The notes under the pieces were generated by a model that was not told where the DNA came from, did no database searches, and saw only the letters and a list, made by a program, of their open reading frames with translations. The position numbers and the translations under genes were made by a program. Shown in pieces: positions 1 to 13,800 of a stretch of 64,000 nucleotides of DNA (the first letter of the stretch is position 1; every line of letters starts with the position of its first letter). The DNA lies in contig OX597831.1 in assembly GCA_951406725.2 (NCBI GenBank), forward strand, positions 78,678,001 through 78,742,000, given 5' to 3'. This DNA is from Octopus vulgaris. Lineage: Eukaryota.

Positions 1-215
1 TAATTCTCTCTGTAACTGTCACGTCTATTTTCAGACACACCGACCGCTGAAACGTTGCTTTCAGAAGAATTAGACAGACCTTCACACTTTGCTAATACTA
101 TAAGGCAAATAATGATTGTCTGTTGTTGTTATTGACGTTGTTGATTTAAATTTTATTTACAGAGAATAACTATAATGAAGATTAAAAACAACACACTGAT
201 GATTATTTGTACATA

Positions 216-306
216 TAAGGAACACTCCGTCAGTTATAACGACGAGGGTTCCAGTTGATCCGATCAACGGAACAGCCTGCTCGTGAAATTAACGTGCAAG
301 TGGCTG
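216..306 (-). mobile_element. SINE family C fragment (3' part)
   Basis: ctccgtcagttataacgacgagggttccagttgatccgatcaacggaacagcc aligns by eye with 63134-63200, where the family continues into a tRNA-like head. Confidence 0.65.
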
Positions 307-674
307 TTTCAGAGAACACTTTGAATGGACGTCGCCCCAACGCAGCCCCTTTTGGTTGAAGTTGCTTCGACCGCGAGTAAAAGAAAAAAGACAAAAAAAA
401 AAACTAAATCTCCTGCTAATGTGGAGACCTTCAAATAAATGGTTTCGTTTCCTTTTAATTCGTTGATAACCAATAAGTAAATGAATATTAATGCGTCATC
501 ATCAATGATTCTGGTCACCATCAATACCCACCGCATCAGCAGTAGCAGCAGCCGTTCAAGAATTTGGACCCTCGACTACAACAAGACGACCAAATTTTTT
601 TTTTTTTTCGAAGGTCTGGGGTCTCCCGCCCCTAGGCCCTAGACCATCACCTAATCACCCTTACCCGTCTTGTT

Positions 675-1960
675 GCTTAATAACAACAACAACAGCAGTA
701 GCAGCAGCGACAGCAATATCAACGGCAGAAGCAACAGAGGCAGTAACAGCAGCAGCAGAAGTAGTAGGGGCCGCAGCAGCAGCACCACCACCACCAGCAA
801 CAACAACAACAACATCGTCCTCACTACCAGAGAAACCATTTTCACCAACACCGCCGCATTCAAATCCAGCGCCACCAACATCACCACAACTGCCCTACGA
901 CACCGGCACCACCACCATCATCGTCACCATTGCTGCTATCATTAAAACGACGACAACCACCGCCCCCGCAGTTTCCCCCCACCACCATCACCATCGCAAC
1001 CACCCTACAGCATCAGTAACTCAATCATAATCGTCTTTACTACCGCAAACGCCTTCACGACGTGGCCACCACAACCATCACCATCACCAACATCACCACC
1101 AAGAACAACGAGATGGTCGTCACCATTATCGCCAATGCTAAGACCATCACCACCACCACCCCGCCGCCACCACTAACACTACCATCGCCCCTACAGCTGC
1201 CGCACTCACCAAAACCAGCATCACTACCGCCGACACCAATACCACCAATACCACGACAACGACGCCGAAAACCACCGCCAGCGCCACCACCACCAACAAC
1301 AACAGTAACACAACCATCACTACCACCAGCATCATCACCACCACCCCCCGCCATTATCACTACCACCACAATCATCATCAGTCCCACCATCACCGTCACC
1401 ATTATTATCATCACCACCATCGTCACAATTATCTCCACCACCACCACCAATACCATTATGATTACCACCACCACTATTGCCACCATTATCACCACAGCCA
1501 CCACCATTATCATTACTACCATCATTATCATCACATCTCCACCATTATCACCGCTATTGCCACAAGCACCACCACTACCACCACCATTGCCACCACCACC
1601 GCCACCACCATCCTTCCACTACCGCCACGACTATCACCGCCATCGTTACCACCACCACCGACGCCACCACAACCACCAACATCACCAGTACCACCGCTAT
1701 CGGCGCCACCACCATTACCACCAGCACCATCACCACCACTACCACCACAATCACCACCACCTCCATACCTCCACTGCCACCCCCACTATCACCCCCATCG
1801 CTACCACCACCACAACCACCACCGATGTCTCCACAACCACCACCATCACTACCACCACTATCAGCACCACCACCACTATCTCCACCACTGTCACCACCAC
1901 GACCACGACCACGACCACCACCATTGCCATCACCCCCACTACCACCACCACAGCCATACC
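675..1960. repeat. Compound trinucleotide low-complexity tract (AAC/AGC/ACC/ATC)
   Basis: Degenerate (ACC)n/(ATC)n runs; open frames in most phases give homopolymeric peptides. Confidence 0.9.
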
Positions 1961-2888
1961 TCAATCACGCAAGAACCATTTACAGCACGTCGCCATCTCT
2001 CGTAGAAACGCAGAGAATCAGTTTGAAGTAGTTTAGTTGGTCAATTCCATCGGCCAACGTCATTTTCGCATCAACCGTCTTCAAATATCCATTTACGGTG
2101 CTGAAAGGTGAACGAAGGACTGTGCCTCACCTATGAACCAGACGCTCTTTATTTACCAAATACCTCTTCAGACTCCCACACCACTTCTTCCATTCCATTC
2201 CATTTCTTTAAAGTCTCACACTTTGGCTTTCTCGCTATTTTTCTCTTTTCTGCGATTTTTGCATCTATTTCTTAACTTTCTTCTATATTTTGTAATTCAT
2301 GTGCTTTCTCCATACATACATACATACATACATACATACATACATACATACATACATACATACATACATACATACATACATACGTATACGCATACAATAT
2401 ACATACATACATACATATATATACACATACAATATACATACATATATGTACATATATACACATACATATACACACATATATTTATTTATATATATGTAAG
2501 CATATATGTATATATATATATACACACAATCACACATAGATATACCCATATATGTATATATTTGTGTATGTGTGTGTTTGTATGTGCGTGTATGTGTACA
2601 TGTACACATAGGCATATATATATATATATATATATACATACATATGCGTCTGTCTATCAATAGCTATATCTATGTGTATGCATGCATATATATATGTACA
2701 CTAGTTATGTATGCGATGTGTATATGTGTGTTTACACTCACACGTATTCATCTAAGTATGAATAGGGTGCAACCATCTTTTAAAAAGTGTTTGATCCCCA
2801 TTTTTTTTCTACGCTTTCATATTTGTCAACCATCCTGCATTCTCCCTTTTTTCCCCTTCGCTTTAAATGTTGGTTGAGACGGTCACCA

Positions 2889-2942
<54 letters not shown>

Positions 2943-3104
2943 TGCCTCTTTTAATCTCTTTTATTACCTGTGACTTTCTCATACCTACTTACTCATGCTT
3001 ATTGCCTTTCTTAGTATACATACAAACCCATTTACATACCAAGAATCCAATACACACACACAAATACCCATATACACACACATAGGCATATACATTGACA
3101 GCTA

Positions 3105-3277
3105 AATCCGCAAGCTTTTATTTATTCGCTCCCTGTTCATTTCCTCATATTCCTTTCTGTTGAAGAGCGTAGGCTCGAAGCGTAAAAGACTTTCTCACCC
3201 GCCAGAGCGTCAAACTAGTACACCGACTTGTTGTTTATACACCTGTCTTCATCTTTTGTTTTTCTGTAAATTTCACC

Positions 3278-3280
<3 letters not shown>
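3105..3280 (+). mobile_element. Short (TA)n-associated element with degenerate minimal hammerhead ribozyme (Penelope-like terminus or retrozyme-like)
   Basis: 3153-3188 CTTT-CTGTTGA-A-GAGC-GTAG-GCTC-GAAG-CGTA-AAAG. Stems I and II pair; core has two substitutions. Downstream sequence is shared with 22988-23197 and 44157-44318. Confidence 0.65.
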
Positions 3281-3359
<79 letters not shown>

Positions 3360-3452
3360 AGGACGATTGTTTGTAGCTATCTGTGAACATCTCCCTTTAG
3401 GTGACGTGTTTTCATAAAACGCCTAATTCGCCAATGATCAGTGACTTTCAGA

Positions 3453-3504
3453 CTTGCTACTTTCAGAGTTGTTTCGATCTTATTTTGTGTCTCCTCAGCC
3501 AAAG
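3453..3504 (-). ncRNA. Degenerate type I hammerhead-like motif
   Basis: Minus strand TTTGG-CTGAGGA-GA...TC-GAAAC...GTA-GCAAG; core intact, first stem I pair mismatched. Confidence 0.4.
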
Positions 3505-4048
3505 CTACCGAGCATTCTTTTCATTTCCGATACGTTGAGGCAGAGACACACACGAATATCCGTCACTGTTGTTATTTGTTTTCTTTTTTCTGTTGTTTTC
3601 CATTCATCTTATGACCAGTTATTTGTTTTGCAAACATCAGCTTATTCCAAGAATGATCTCGTTCTTCTTTTCGATCCCTCACTCCTCTGTAGTTGTTTTC
3701 TCTTAGATGGCACACATTTGGTTGAAAAATTATGTGGTGTCCGAAAGAACCTCTACATCAGTCAATTTACCGTGCTACGAACGCTTGTCTTCTAAAGAGA
3801 GGATGTATTCTCCGACGACGGAGAACAATAGTGATCGTTATTGTTTTCGATGTTCTCTTCTCTGCGTGCAACCCATGAATTGCTGGATAATTATTTAAGC
3901 TACGTGTATATACCGTTATAATATTTCTTCTACTGTAACTAGGTGTTTTGTTTCCAAAATGAAAACAAAACCAGACTACGCACTAAATTATAGTTTCAAA
4001 TACATTTTTTCATTGTTTGTTTGTTTTGTTTTTTAATATATTAATTTA

Positions 4049-4225
4049 AGACGGCAAGCTGGCAGAATGGTTACCATGCTGGCCAAAATGATTAAGGCCA
4101 TTTCGTCCGTCCCTACGTTCTCAGTTCAAACTCCTCCGAGGTCGGCTTTGCCTTTCAATATTTCGAGATCGAGGAAATAGTTATCATTTGAACATCTCTA
4201 CCCCCTTATACCAAAATTAGAAGCA
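4049..4225 (+). mobile_element. tRNA-derived SINE family A, diverged
   Basis: ggcaagctggcagaatggtta (A-box-like) ... gttcaaactcc (B-box-like); aligns with 39643-39877. Confidence 0.75.
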
Positions 4226-4464
4226 AATATCTTAAGTATGGTAAGATCTCGGACTGTAAAATGTCTGACAGTAACATTTTAGGGCAAAAAATAACAATAA
4301 CAAAAGTGCTTAAAGCAAAAATCTGTTTAGTTTTCCTTACAAAAATATTTTCGACTAAAATACTTCCCGTCAAATTTAATGACAGGTTGTCTTTATGAAA
4401 CAGATTTAATCGGTTCCCATGAATCGGTACGAATCATTTCCATCTCAACTCTACCGCATTGTCC

Positions 4465-4625
4465 TGTTTTCAAATTTAGGCACAAGGCCAGCAATTTTTG
4501 ATGGAGGCGATAAGCTGATTACGTGAATCCCAATGCTCAAATGGTACATATTTTATCAACTCCCAAAAAGATTAAAGGCGAAGTTGACTTCGATGGAATT
4601 TGAACTCAGAACGTAAAGATGGACA
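4465..4625 (-). mobile_element. SINE family A fragment
   Basis: ggaatttgaactcagaacgtaaag and the ggcacaaggcc tail motif shared with other copies. Confidence 0.7.
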
Positions 4626-4984
4626 TCTTAATATAGTGCCCTGCCGAACTATATTAATACGATGATGAAATATTTTTGTGAGGAAACATTAGTAATATTC
4701 CATCATTGATCAAAATCAATATACCACGATACAACATAATTACAACCCACCACAAACAATGGTATCTCACGACGATGCATCAGACAAAATCACAAGCGAA
4801 TAAAATTGATGAAAGTACAACACATAATATATTTCAACACATCACATCTTTGGAGATTAGGACCCGTCGCAAGACAGCATGTCATATACCTGTACACCAA
4901 AGTACATCACAAAACACGTGATTGTTCAACACATTACAAGATTTCACATCAGGGCACATAAGACCACTCGATGTCACATAAGAT

Positions 4985-5187
4985 CATACTTTTCCACTCT
5001 AGGCACAAAGCCCGAAATTATTGGGAAGGGAGGCCTGTCGATTAGATCGACCCCAGTTAGCAACTGGTACTTAATTTATCGACACCGAAAGGATGAAAGG
5101 CAAAGTCAACCTCGGCGGAATTTGAACTCAGGATGTAAAGACAGACGAACGCCTGGCGTGCTAACGTTTCTGCCAGCTCGCCGCCTT
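4985..5187 (-). mobile_element. SINE family A, near full length
   Basis: actggtacttaatttatcgac..gaaaggatgaaaggcaaagtcaacctcggcggaatttgaactcag..ctgccagctcgccgcc. Confidence 0.85.
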
Positions 5188-5264
5188 ATAAGAATTTAAC
5201 GCCTCAAAGATCAACGCCGTATGCAAAGTTACTAAGAAAATATCCCAGCGTCTTCATACATCGC

Positions 5265-5725
5265 CACAGATCACATAACAGCACAACACACATTGCTTCA
5301 CAACACCCCACAATCATTCAAAACACCTCACAACCGTTCACAACACAAACACCAACACATCACATCAGTTCTCTCTTTCTCTCTCTCTCTCCCTCACACA
5401 GACACATATGCACATTCATATATCATACCCTTTCAAAACAAATCACATCACAACACAGCAAATTACAACACAGCATAATATATTACAACATATAACAACA
5501 CATCACAATACATCACAAGACATTACAATACATCACATCACATCACCACGTATCACAACATACCACAACACATCGCATCACAATAAAACACTTCATAATG
5601 TATCGCATCACCACAGAACACATCACAACACACCGTAGAAAATTAGCCAAATTGCATCACAACAAAATGTCGCAATGCAGCAAATCGCATCACGGCACAT
5701 CACAGGAATTAACAACACATCGCCA
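5265..5725. repeat. Degenerate 5-bp-periodic (ACAAC/ACATC) low-complexity tract
   Basis: Recurrent acaacacatcacaa units; a similar tract lies at about 4720-4980. Confidence 0.6.
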
Positions 5726-6022
5726 CGCTTAACAACGTACCAGCTTGTATCAGAAGACATTATGAGACAGAGCTAAACAGCTTAGCGAAAAGTAAAGAGT
5801 AACAAAATTTTCCTCGCAAAAAAAAGAAAAACAGAAAAAAGAAAGAACGATGCCATTATGGCAATGAAAGAATCTCAGACATCGATTAGGTTAAGTATAT
5901 TTCGTCTTGAGACGGATAGGGATTAAAGATCAATGGAGGAGGAAGGAGTGGAAGGAATATATATATATATATGCAGTAAACTCACAAATGAGATGATGAT
6001 GATGATGATGAAGGTAGTAATG

Positions 6023-6055
<33 letters not shown>

Positions 6056-6136
6056 GTTACAGAAAAAAGTTAAAAGATTTATTCCTACATACGTCGGTAA
6101 ATACATACATACAGACAAACACACAGACACACACAG

Positions 6137-6275
<139 letters not shown>

Positions 6276-6570
6276 CACACACAGACAGGGATGGATGCTG
6301 TGTTTGTGTGCTTGGTGTTTGTATATCTCTCTATGGCCGTTCATAGATATGTCTATTCATGTATATGTCAGTGTGGTATGGCAGGAATTTTCAAGTAATA
6401 CTTTATATAATGGACAGGAAGATGTAAGTACAAGAAAGGGGCAATAGCGTGTCGGAAGTGTTGACATGGGGGGGGGATAGGCTGGACACCGACGCGCTTG
6501 TGTGTAAAGGAAAAAATATATCATATGAAAATAAATAAATAATAACAACAACAACAATAATAATAATAAC

Positions 6571-6604
<34 letters not shown>

Positions 6605-6622
6605 GCAAATAATAATAACAAT

Positions 6623-6705
<83 letters not shown>

Positions 6706-6711
<6 letters not shown>

Positions 6712-6918
6712 CTCTCTATGTAATCCCAAGGTTTAAAACAAACTTTTTTTTTTAAATCTATGTATTAAACATTCACTAGTACAACACAAAAAACCCCCCA
6801 AATATATGGCACACTAGGCATAACAACAACGTGAACTTCCAACCTGTTGTCTCTTGAGGTCACTGGGTGAGACTTGGAGCCAACTTGTACAGACATAAAG
6901 CAAAAGTCAAACATAGAA
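6706..6918 (+). mobile_element. 5'-truncated 3' end of a second R4/Dong-like family
   Basis: Begins atactctctatgtaa (ILSM*, like the RALSL* end of the adjacent element), then a 3' UTR running into (AAT)n; flanked by (AAT)n on both sides. Confidence 0.55.
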
Positions 6919-6939
6919 TAATAATAATAATAATAACCA

Positions 6940-9900
6940 CTAATTTTTTTTTTTTTAATGAAAACTTAATAATAATTTAACTTTACTTGAAAAGAAAATT
7001 TCTAACAGTGACACCGAATCGCGTGTCCAATGGTTATACAGGGAGCGCGCCGGTCAGGAGGCTGCCAGCTCGATGGCGAAAAATTTTCAAATGGCAGAAT
7101 ATCTTCCCCGAATACGAACCTGGAAGGTCACTTAAACGGGATTTGTCCCAAATTAAGCCCCCAAAGTTCACCATCACAACGACTAGAAAATCTAAAAAGT
7201 AACAGAACTAAATGGAACCGGGGAGAATATAAAGAAGTAATATATGTTTATTACTTTGCATTAAGTAGGCCAACCCAAGAGAAACACACCGCAAACTCCT
7301 ACAGAATTTGGAGGAGCCGGAATCCAGCTAGAAGACCAATCCTGGATGAAAACAGATTAGCAAATGCTAGAAGAGATATCTTCAGAAATACCAGACTCAC
7401 AGATGCAGAATTAACGTCTATTAAAAAAGTGGTAGAGAATGACCTAAATGCAAGTCAGGAAAGAAATAACGAATCAGGAGGAGAGGAATGCTGGGCCACA
7501 AGCATTGACTGAAAGGCGAGCGTCTGCCGAAACGACTCAAGATCCTGAAGAAGAAGGAAAATATAATGACCCTAGAAAAAACAGCCCGGAAACTGATGTC
7601 GAAACAGAATTTGAAGACCACATATTTGTTGAACAACACAGAAAATCTATCATTGAAATGAAGCAAGAAGTTCTGAATGAGCTTGCAGTTGTAGGCCAAA
7701 CAACTATGAATGATAGGGAACCACTCCATAAACTCTCAAATGCACACCAACATAAAACACAAATAAAAATTGGCAACTGCGTTACACAGGAAATCATACA
7801 ACAACTAAAACCTGATCTTAATAAATTAAATGAAATTATTTACTCTGTCGCTAAGGTATTCGAAAGACGCTGTTTAACACCCAAAAAAGCCAACAATACC
7901 AAATTCGAAAAAAAATCAAACTGGAGGAGTAGAATTGAAACTGAAATTGAATCATTGCGAAGGGAGATATCAATATTAACAGAGCTTATTTATGGAAATG
8001 ATGTAAGATCAAGAAAAGGCAGGAAGATTGTGAGAAAAGATGGACACTCAACAAGAGAAGAACTAACGTCAGCGAAAGAAACACTTAAACAAAAAGTTCA
8101 ACCAAAAGCTCAGAGAATACGCAGATTTGAAAAAGGAATCAAATTCTACAATCAAAATAAGATGTTCAAATCCAATGCCAAATCATTTTACAGGGAAATA
8201 AGGAAAGAAAAAAATAACCATTGAAAATCCACCCCTAATGGAAGAAGTTGAAAACTTTTGGAAGGGGATCTGGAGTGATGAGAAACCATACAATGAAAAT
8301 GCAGAGTGCATCAAACGCACCCAAGATGACTACAAAAATCTACAAGAACAGGTATGGGAAGACATCTCAATCGCCGACCTAAGGAGGGCACTAACGAAGG
8401 CTCATAAGTGGAAATCCCCTGGTATTGACAGAGTACCAAATTTCTGGCTCTCATCGCTCTCGTCCGCACACAAAATGTTAGTAATACTATTTAATAGTAT
8501 TATGAAAGACCCGGAAAAAACACCCCATTGGATGGCAAATGGTATTACTTACCTCCTCCCCAAAAATAACAAAACGAAAGACCCAAACAACTACCGGCCT
8601 ATAACATATTTATCTACTACCAATAAGATTTTGACATCTATTCTAGTAGAGAAATCATATACGTTTATGGAAGAGAATAACCTCTTTCCCACTGAACAAA
8701 AAGGATGCAGACGGGGCTCATACGGATGCAAAGATCAGCTCCTAATTAACCGCATGATCCTTGAGAACTGCCATAACAAGCGCAGAAATCTCAGCTCTTC
8801 TTGGATTGATTATAAAAAAGCCTTTGACAGCATACCACATTCGTGGATTCTGAAATCGCTGGACATTTTCAAAATTTCTCCTGTGATTTCAGATTTTTTA
8901 AAGTATAATATGTCACTATGGAACACGATGCTCCAATTATAACATTCTAATGGAATATTGCGCTCAAACAATATTAGCATAAACTGTGGAATTTTCCAAG
9001 GTGACTCACTTTCACCACTAATTTTCTGAATAGCACTAATACCACTCTCAAGTGAACTGAATAGAACAGGATATGGCTCCAAAATTGACAACAGGGGAAT
9101 AAGCCATCTATTTTATATGGATGATTTGCTATATGGCAAAGATGACGAAGAGCTTGAAGGATTATTACATACTGTGAAAGGATTCAGTGATGATATCGGG
9201 ATGGAGTTTGGCCTTGAAAAGTGTGCCAAAGCCACTTTTAAGAAAGGGAAATTGGTAAAGTCTAGTTCAATCGAATTAGATGTCGAAACAGTAATAAAGG
9301 AACTTGAGCAGGAAGAAACCTATAAATACTTAGGAATAAATGAAGGCTCTGGTATCCAGCATGCAAGCATGAAAGAGAAGGTTAGGAAGGAATGTTATAG
9401 AAGAGTTCGAGCAGTCCTGAAGTCTGAGCTGAATGCATATAATAAGGTGTTAGCCATAAATTCCTTAGCAGTACCAGTTGTTTTTTATAGCTTCAATGTG
9501 CTTAACTGGAATACCAGTGAACTAATGAAAAATGGAAGAAAAATCCGCAAGCTACTGACTTATGATAAGATGCACATTCTAAAGGCAGACGTGGATCGCC
9601 TTTACCTTCCCAGAGCTCAGGGAGGTAGAGGTTTGATCCAGCTTGAACTTACATACAAATCCACCACAATCGAACTGGCCAAATACCTTGAAGCAACCAA
9701 TGATTGGATGCTAAAACTTGTTGAAAAACATGAAATACTGAAAAAACTTCACCCTATTCTCAAAGAGAGCAAAAAATTCGCTGCTGATCTCTTAGACACC
9801 CACCAGATTGAGCAGGCTGAATGAAATGCGCCAATTGCAGCTGCAAAGAAAATAAAATTAATTGCAAAGACAAAAGCACATGAAAAATTAGCTAGCAGAT

Positions 9901-10815
9901 GGGAACAGAAACCTCTGCATGGCAAGTATGTGGATCGTAGCAAATAAGCTGATGTCGACCAGAAACACACGCACAAATGGTTACGAAGCTCAGGACGAAA
10001 AGCAGAGAGTGAAGGTTTCATATTAGCTGCTCTAGACCAAAGCTTATTAACCCGGAACTACCAAGCCAGTGTGATAAAAAATGGAGCTGACCCAAAATGC
10101 CGATTCTGTAACAATGATATTGAAACATTAGACCACCTAATCTCAGGGTGTAGAGTCTTTGCGCCTGCAGAATATAAAGTAAGACATGACAGAGTCGGCC
10201 AGTATTTACATTATATAATCAAAACCGCTGACAAATGGTATAAACACCATCCTGAAGCTGTGACTGAGGGAGAAAATGTGTCGATTCTACGGGACTTTCC
10301 CGTACAGACCGATAAGACTATAAAAGCTAATAAACCGGATTTTATTATAAAAGATCAGACAAAAAAGATGTGTTTATTAATTGACATGAGTATTCCTTGC
10401 GATCACAATATAGCGGCGAAAGAATTTGACACGATTAGTAAATATAAAGATTTGCTAATAGAAATTGAAAAAATGTGGCATCGCAAGTCGACTACAGTAC
10501 CTGTGATTGTAGGATCTCTAGGAATGATAAAAAAAGGTACTGAAACCTATTTGAAAATGATTCCAGGCTTACCATCCCTACAGGAAGTGCAAAAAATCGT
10601 GTTAACTGGAACGGCTCATGTACTGAGAAGAGCATTATCGCTGTGAAAACAACATCCATCCATGAATTTATTTATTTATTAATTTTTAAATACACATTTT
10701 ATCTGTGAATTTGCGCGTGTAATCTGGGAATGCAAACAATGAGCTTCTCTGCCCTAGGAGTATGGAAAACACTCGGCGAGAAACGGAAGAAAATTTGAAG
10801 AAAGAAGGAAAAAAC
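6940..10815 (+). mobile_element. R4/Dong-clade RLE non-LTR retrotransposon, near full length, decayed
   Basis: RT motifs (KSPGID, NYRPIT, EQKGCR, IDYKKAFDS, GIFQGDSLSP, HLFYMDDL, YKYLG), CCHC CRFC..ETLDHLISGC, RHD, PD..D..K endonuclease; (AAT)n on both sides. Confidence 0.95.
7030..10646 (+). pseudogene. Disrupted RT + restriction-like endonuclease ORF of the Dong element
   Basis: ORF pieces 7030-7512, 7448-8224, 8238-8942, 9117-9824 and 10071-10646, separated by frameshifts and stops. Confidence 0.9.
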
Positions 10816-10873
<58 letters not shown>

Positions 10874-11039
10874 TAATAATAGTAATAATAATAATAGTAA
10901 TAATAATAATAAACAATTTCAGTTATTGGTCACAAGGGCAAAGGATGAGGGGGACAATACAAAGACAGGCATAAAGTGTGTTTGTTTACATATAATGAAA
11001 CGATAAATAAATGAAGAAACCATGGGACAAATGCATAAA

Positions 11040-11870
11040 GAAGGAGAAGAAGAAGAAGAAGAAGAAGAAGAAGAAGGAGAAGAAAAAGAAGAAAAAAGAA
11101 GGACGACGACGAGAAGAAGAAGAAGAAGAAGAAGAAGAAGAAGAAAAAAAGAAGGACGACGACGAGAAGAAGAAGAAGAAGAAGAAGAAGAAGAAGGAGA
11201 AGAAGAAGAAGAAGAAGAAGAAGGAGAAGAAGAAGAAGGAGAAGAAGAAGAAAAGTAGGAGGAGAAGACGTAGAAAAGGAGAAGAAGAAGAAGAAAAGAA
11301 GGAGAAAAGTAGGAGGAGAAGAAGAAAAGGAGAAGAAGAAGAAGAAAAAGAAGAAGAAGGACGAGGACGAGAAGAAGAAGAGGAAGAAGAAGAAGAAGAG
11401 GAAGAAGAAGAAGAAGAGGAAGAAGAAGAAGAAGAGGAAGAAGAAGAAGAAGAGGAAGAAGAAGAAGAAGAGGAAGAAGAAGAAGAAAAGTAGGAGGAGA
11501 AGACGTAGAAAAGGAGAAGAAGAAGAAGAAAAGGAGAAGAAGAAGAAGAAAAAGAAGAAAAAAAGAAGAAGAAGACGAGAAGAAGAAGAAAAGTAGGAGG
11601 AGAAGAAGAAGAAGAAGAAGAAGAAGAAGAAGAAGAAGAAGAAGAAGAAAGGGAAGAAGCAGAAGAAAAAGAAGGAGGAGAAGAAGAAGAATAAAGGAAG
11701 AAGAAGAAGTAGAAGAAAAAGGAGAAGAAGAAGAAAGAGAAGAAAAAAGAAGAAAAAGAAACAGGAGGAGGAGAAGAAGAAAAGAAGAAAAAAAATAAGT
11801 AGAACAAAAGGAGGAGGAGGAGAAGAAGAAGAACGAGGAGGAAGAAGAATGGGAAGAAGAGGAGGAGGAG
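11040..11870. repeat. (GAA/GGA)n polypurine tract
   Basis: Direct reading. Confidence 0.95.
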
Positions 11871-12035
11871 ATTTACCGACTCTTTCTTCCTTTTCCTTAT
11901 CGCCAACAGTAAAAATGTATTACGTTTTTTAATCATCGACGTCGTTGAATAAGGCCCCAGGCGAAAGGCAAAGGCCCACTTTGTATTAATGAGGCGTGAA
12001 TGAATTGGTGTAGGTGTGTTTCTTCATTACTGTGC

Positions 12036-12068
<33 letters not shown>

Positions 12069-12195
12069 ATGCAGCACGCACTACTGAGCGTCTATACCAC
12101 TCTGTGGTTTATATTTATCCACTGCACGTCTGTACGCTCGTTATCTCACCTTATATCGGTCATCTTTGAGATTTGTCACTAGACTTAAAATATTC

Positions 12196-12243
12196 TTGAC
12201 TGACGAGATACGACAACATTGAAACAGTTTTGTTACTGTTACA
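12196..12243 (+). ncRNA. Hammerhead-like motif with 5-bp stem III, 3' arm lost
   Basis: CTGACGA-GAT..ATT-GAA-ACAGT-tttgtt-ACTGT-T; a SINE fragment begins a few bases later. Confidence 0.5.
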
Positions 12244-12515
12244 TGGTCAAATGTCTTCTTCTATCATAGCCTCGGTCCGACCAAAGCCTTTTGAGTGGAT
12301 TTGGTAGACGGAACCTGTAAGCAGCCCATCATTTGTGTGTGTGTGTGTGTGTGTGTGTTTGTGTGTGCATGTGTGTATGTGTGTGTGTGTGTGTGTGTGT
12401 CGTTGTGTATGTGGTTGTCTTTCACTACCTCTTGCCAACCGTGTTGGCGTGTTTGCGTCCGCCAAAAATTTGCAGTTCGGCAAAATAAACCGATAGAAAG
12501 TATCAGTCTTTAAAA
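12244..12515 (+). mobile_element. SINE family B (internal TG microsatellite), truncated
   Basis: gtcttcttctatcatagcctcggtccgaccaaagcc..gtggatttggtagacggaa..(TG)n..gttcggcaaaataaaccgatagaa; matches the reverse complement of 48645-49030. Confidence 0.8.
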
Positions 12516-12517
12516 AA

Positions 12518-13769
12518 TGTGGTTGTGGTTGTGGTTGTGGTGGTGTAGGCAGTTGTGTGGTTGACAATGGTGGTTTGTGGAGGAGGTGGTGGTAGTGGTT
12601 GGGTTTGTGGTTGTGGTGGTGGTTGTGGTGGTAGTGGTTGTGGTGGTAGTGGTTGTGGTGGTAGTGGTTGTGGTGGTAGTGGTTGTGGTGGTAGTGGTTG
12701 TGGTGGTAGTGGTTGTGGTGGTAGTGGTTGTGGTGTTGACGATGGTGGATTGTGGTGGTGGTGGTAGTGGTGGTGTTAGTGGTCGGGTTTGTGGTTGTGG
12801 TGGTGGTGTTGGCGGTGTTAGTCGTTGTTGTGGTGGTAGTAGTGATGGTGGTTTGGCTGGTTGTTGTTGGTAGTAGTAGTGGTAGTGGTGGTCGCGGTGG
12901 TCGCGGTCGTGGTTGTTGCAGTGGTGGTGGTCGTGGTGGTGGTCGGAGTTGTGGTGTTAGTGATGGTGGTATAGTATGGTGGTTTCGATGGTTGTTGTTG
13001 TTGATAGCGGCAGTGGTGGTGGTGGTTGAGGTTGTGACGGTGGTGGTAGTGGTGGAGGAGGTGGTGGTGGTGGTGGTGATGGCGGCGGTGTTGGTGTTGG
13101 CAAAAGTGTGTGTTTAGGCTGAACTTGTATTTCTCTCTAAGAAGCTATTCAATTAGTGAATTACTTATAATTGTGGCTTTTCAGAATCGTTCAAAAATGG
13201 CCGCCAGAACAAGGGACAAACGGACAGACAGAGAGAATTGAAGTAAGGGTACTTCAGCTGCATTGAGGAACAGGATGGTGCTGGTAGTGATGGTGGTAGT
13301 GGCGGTGGTGGTGGTGGTGGTGGCAACAGAAGCGGCTTCACTAAGGTGTCGTCGTCGTCGGTGGTGATGATAATGGTGGTGGTGGTGGTGGTAGTAGTGG
13401 TGGTGGTGGTGGTGGTGGTGGTAGTGGTGGTGGTAGTGGTGGTGGTGGTGGTGGTAGTAGTGGTGGTGGTGGTGGTAGTGGTGGTGGTGGTGGTGGGTCT
13501 TGTAAAACTAAAGGGGAAAGATGGTGGTGGTGACTGTGGTGATTGTGATGTTGTTGGAGGTGGTCGTGGTGGTGGTGGTCGTGGTGGCGTTGGTGTTAGT
13601 GGTGGTGATAGTGCTGATGATGGTGGTGATTGTGGTGGAGGTGGATGTAGATGTGGTGCAGTCGGAGTTGGTGGTTGTGTTGGTATCAGGGATGGTGGTT
13701 TCTTGCATTTGATGCGATACTGGCGGCGGCGGTAGTGGTGGTGGCGGCGGTGGTGGTGGTGGTGGTGGT

Positions 13770-13800
<31 letters not shown>

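Noticed and set aside
1062-2036. 324-aa Thr/Pro/His-rich ORF resembling a mucin or extensin
   Set aside because: Product of degenerate (ACC)/(ATC) repeats; several frames and both strands are open, with no domain or splice evidence
13194-13205. YY1-like AAAATGGCCGCC motif
   Set aside because: Isolated short motif between microsatellites with no promoter context
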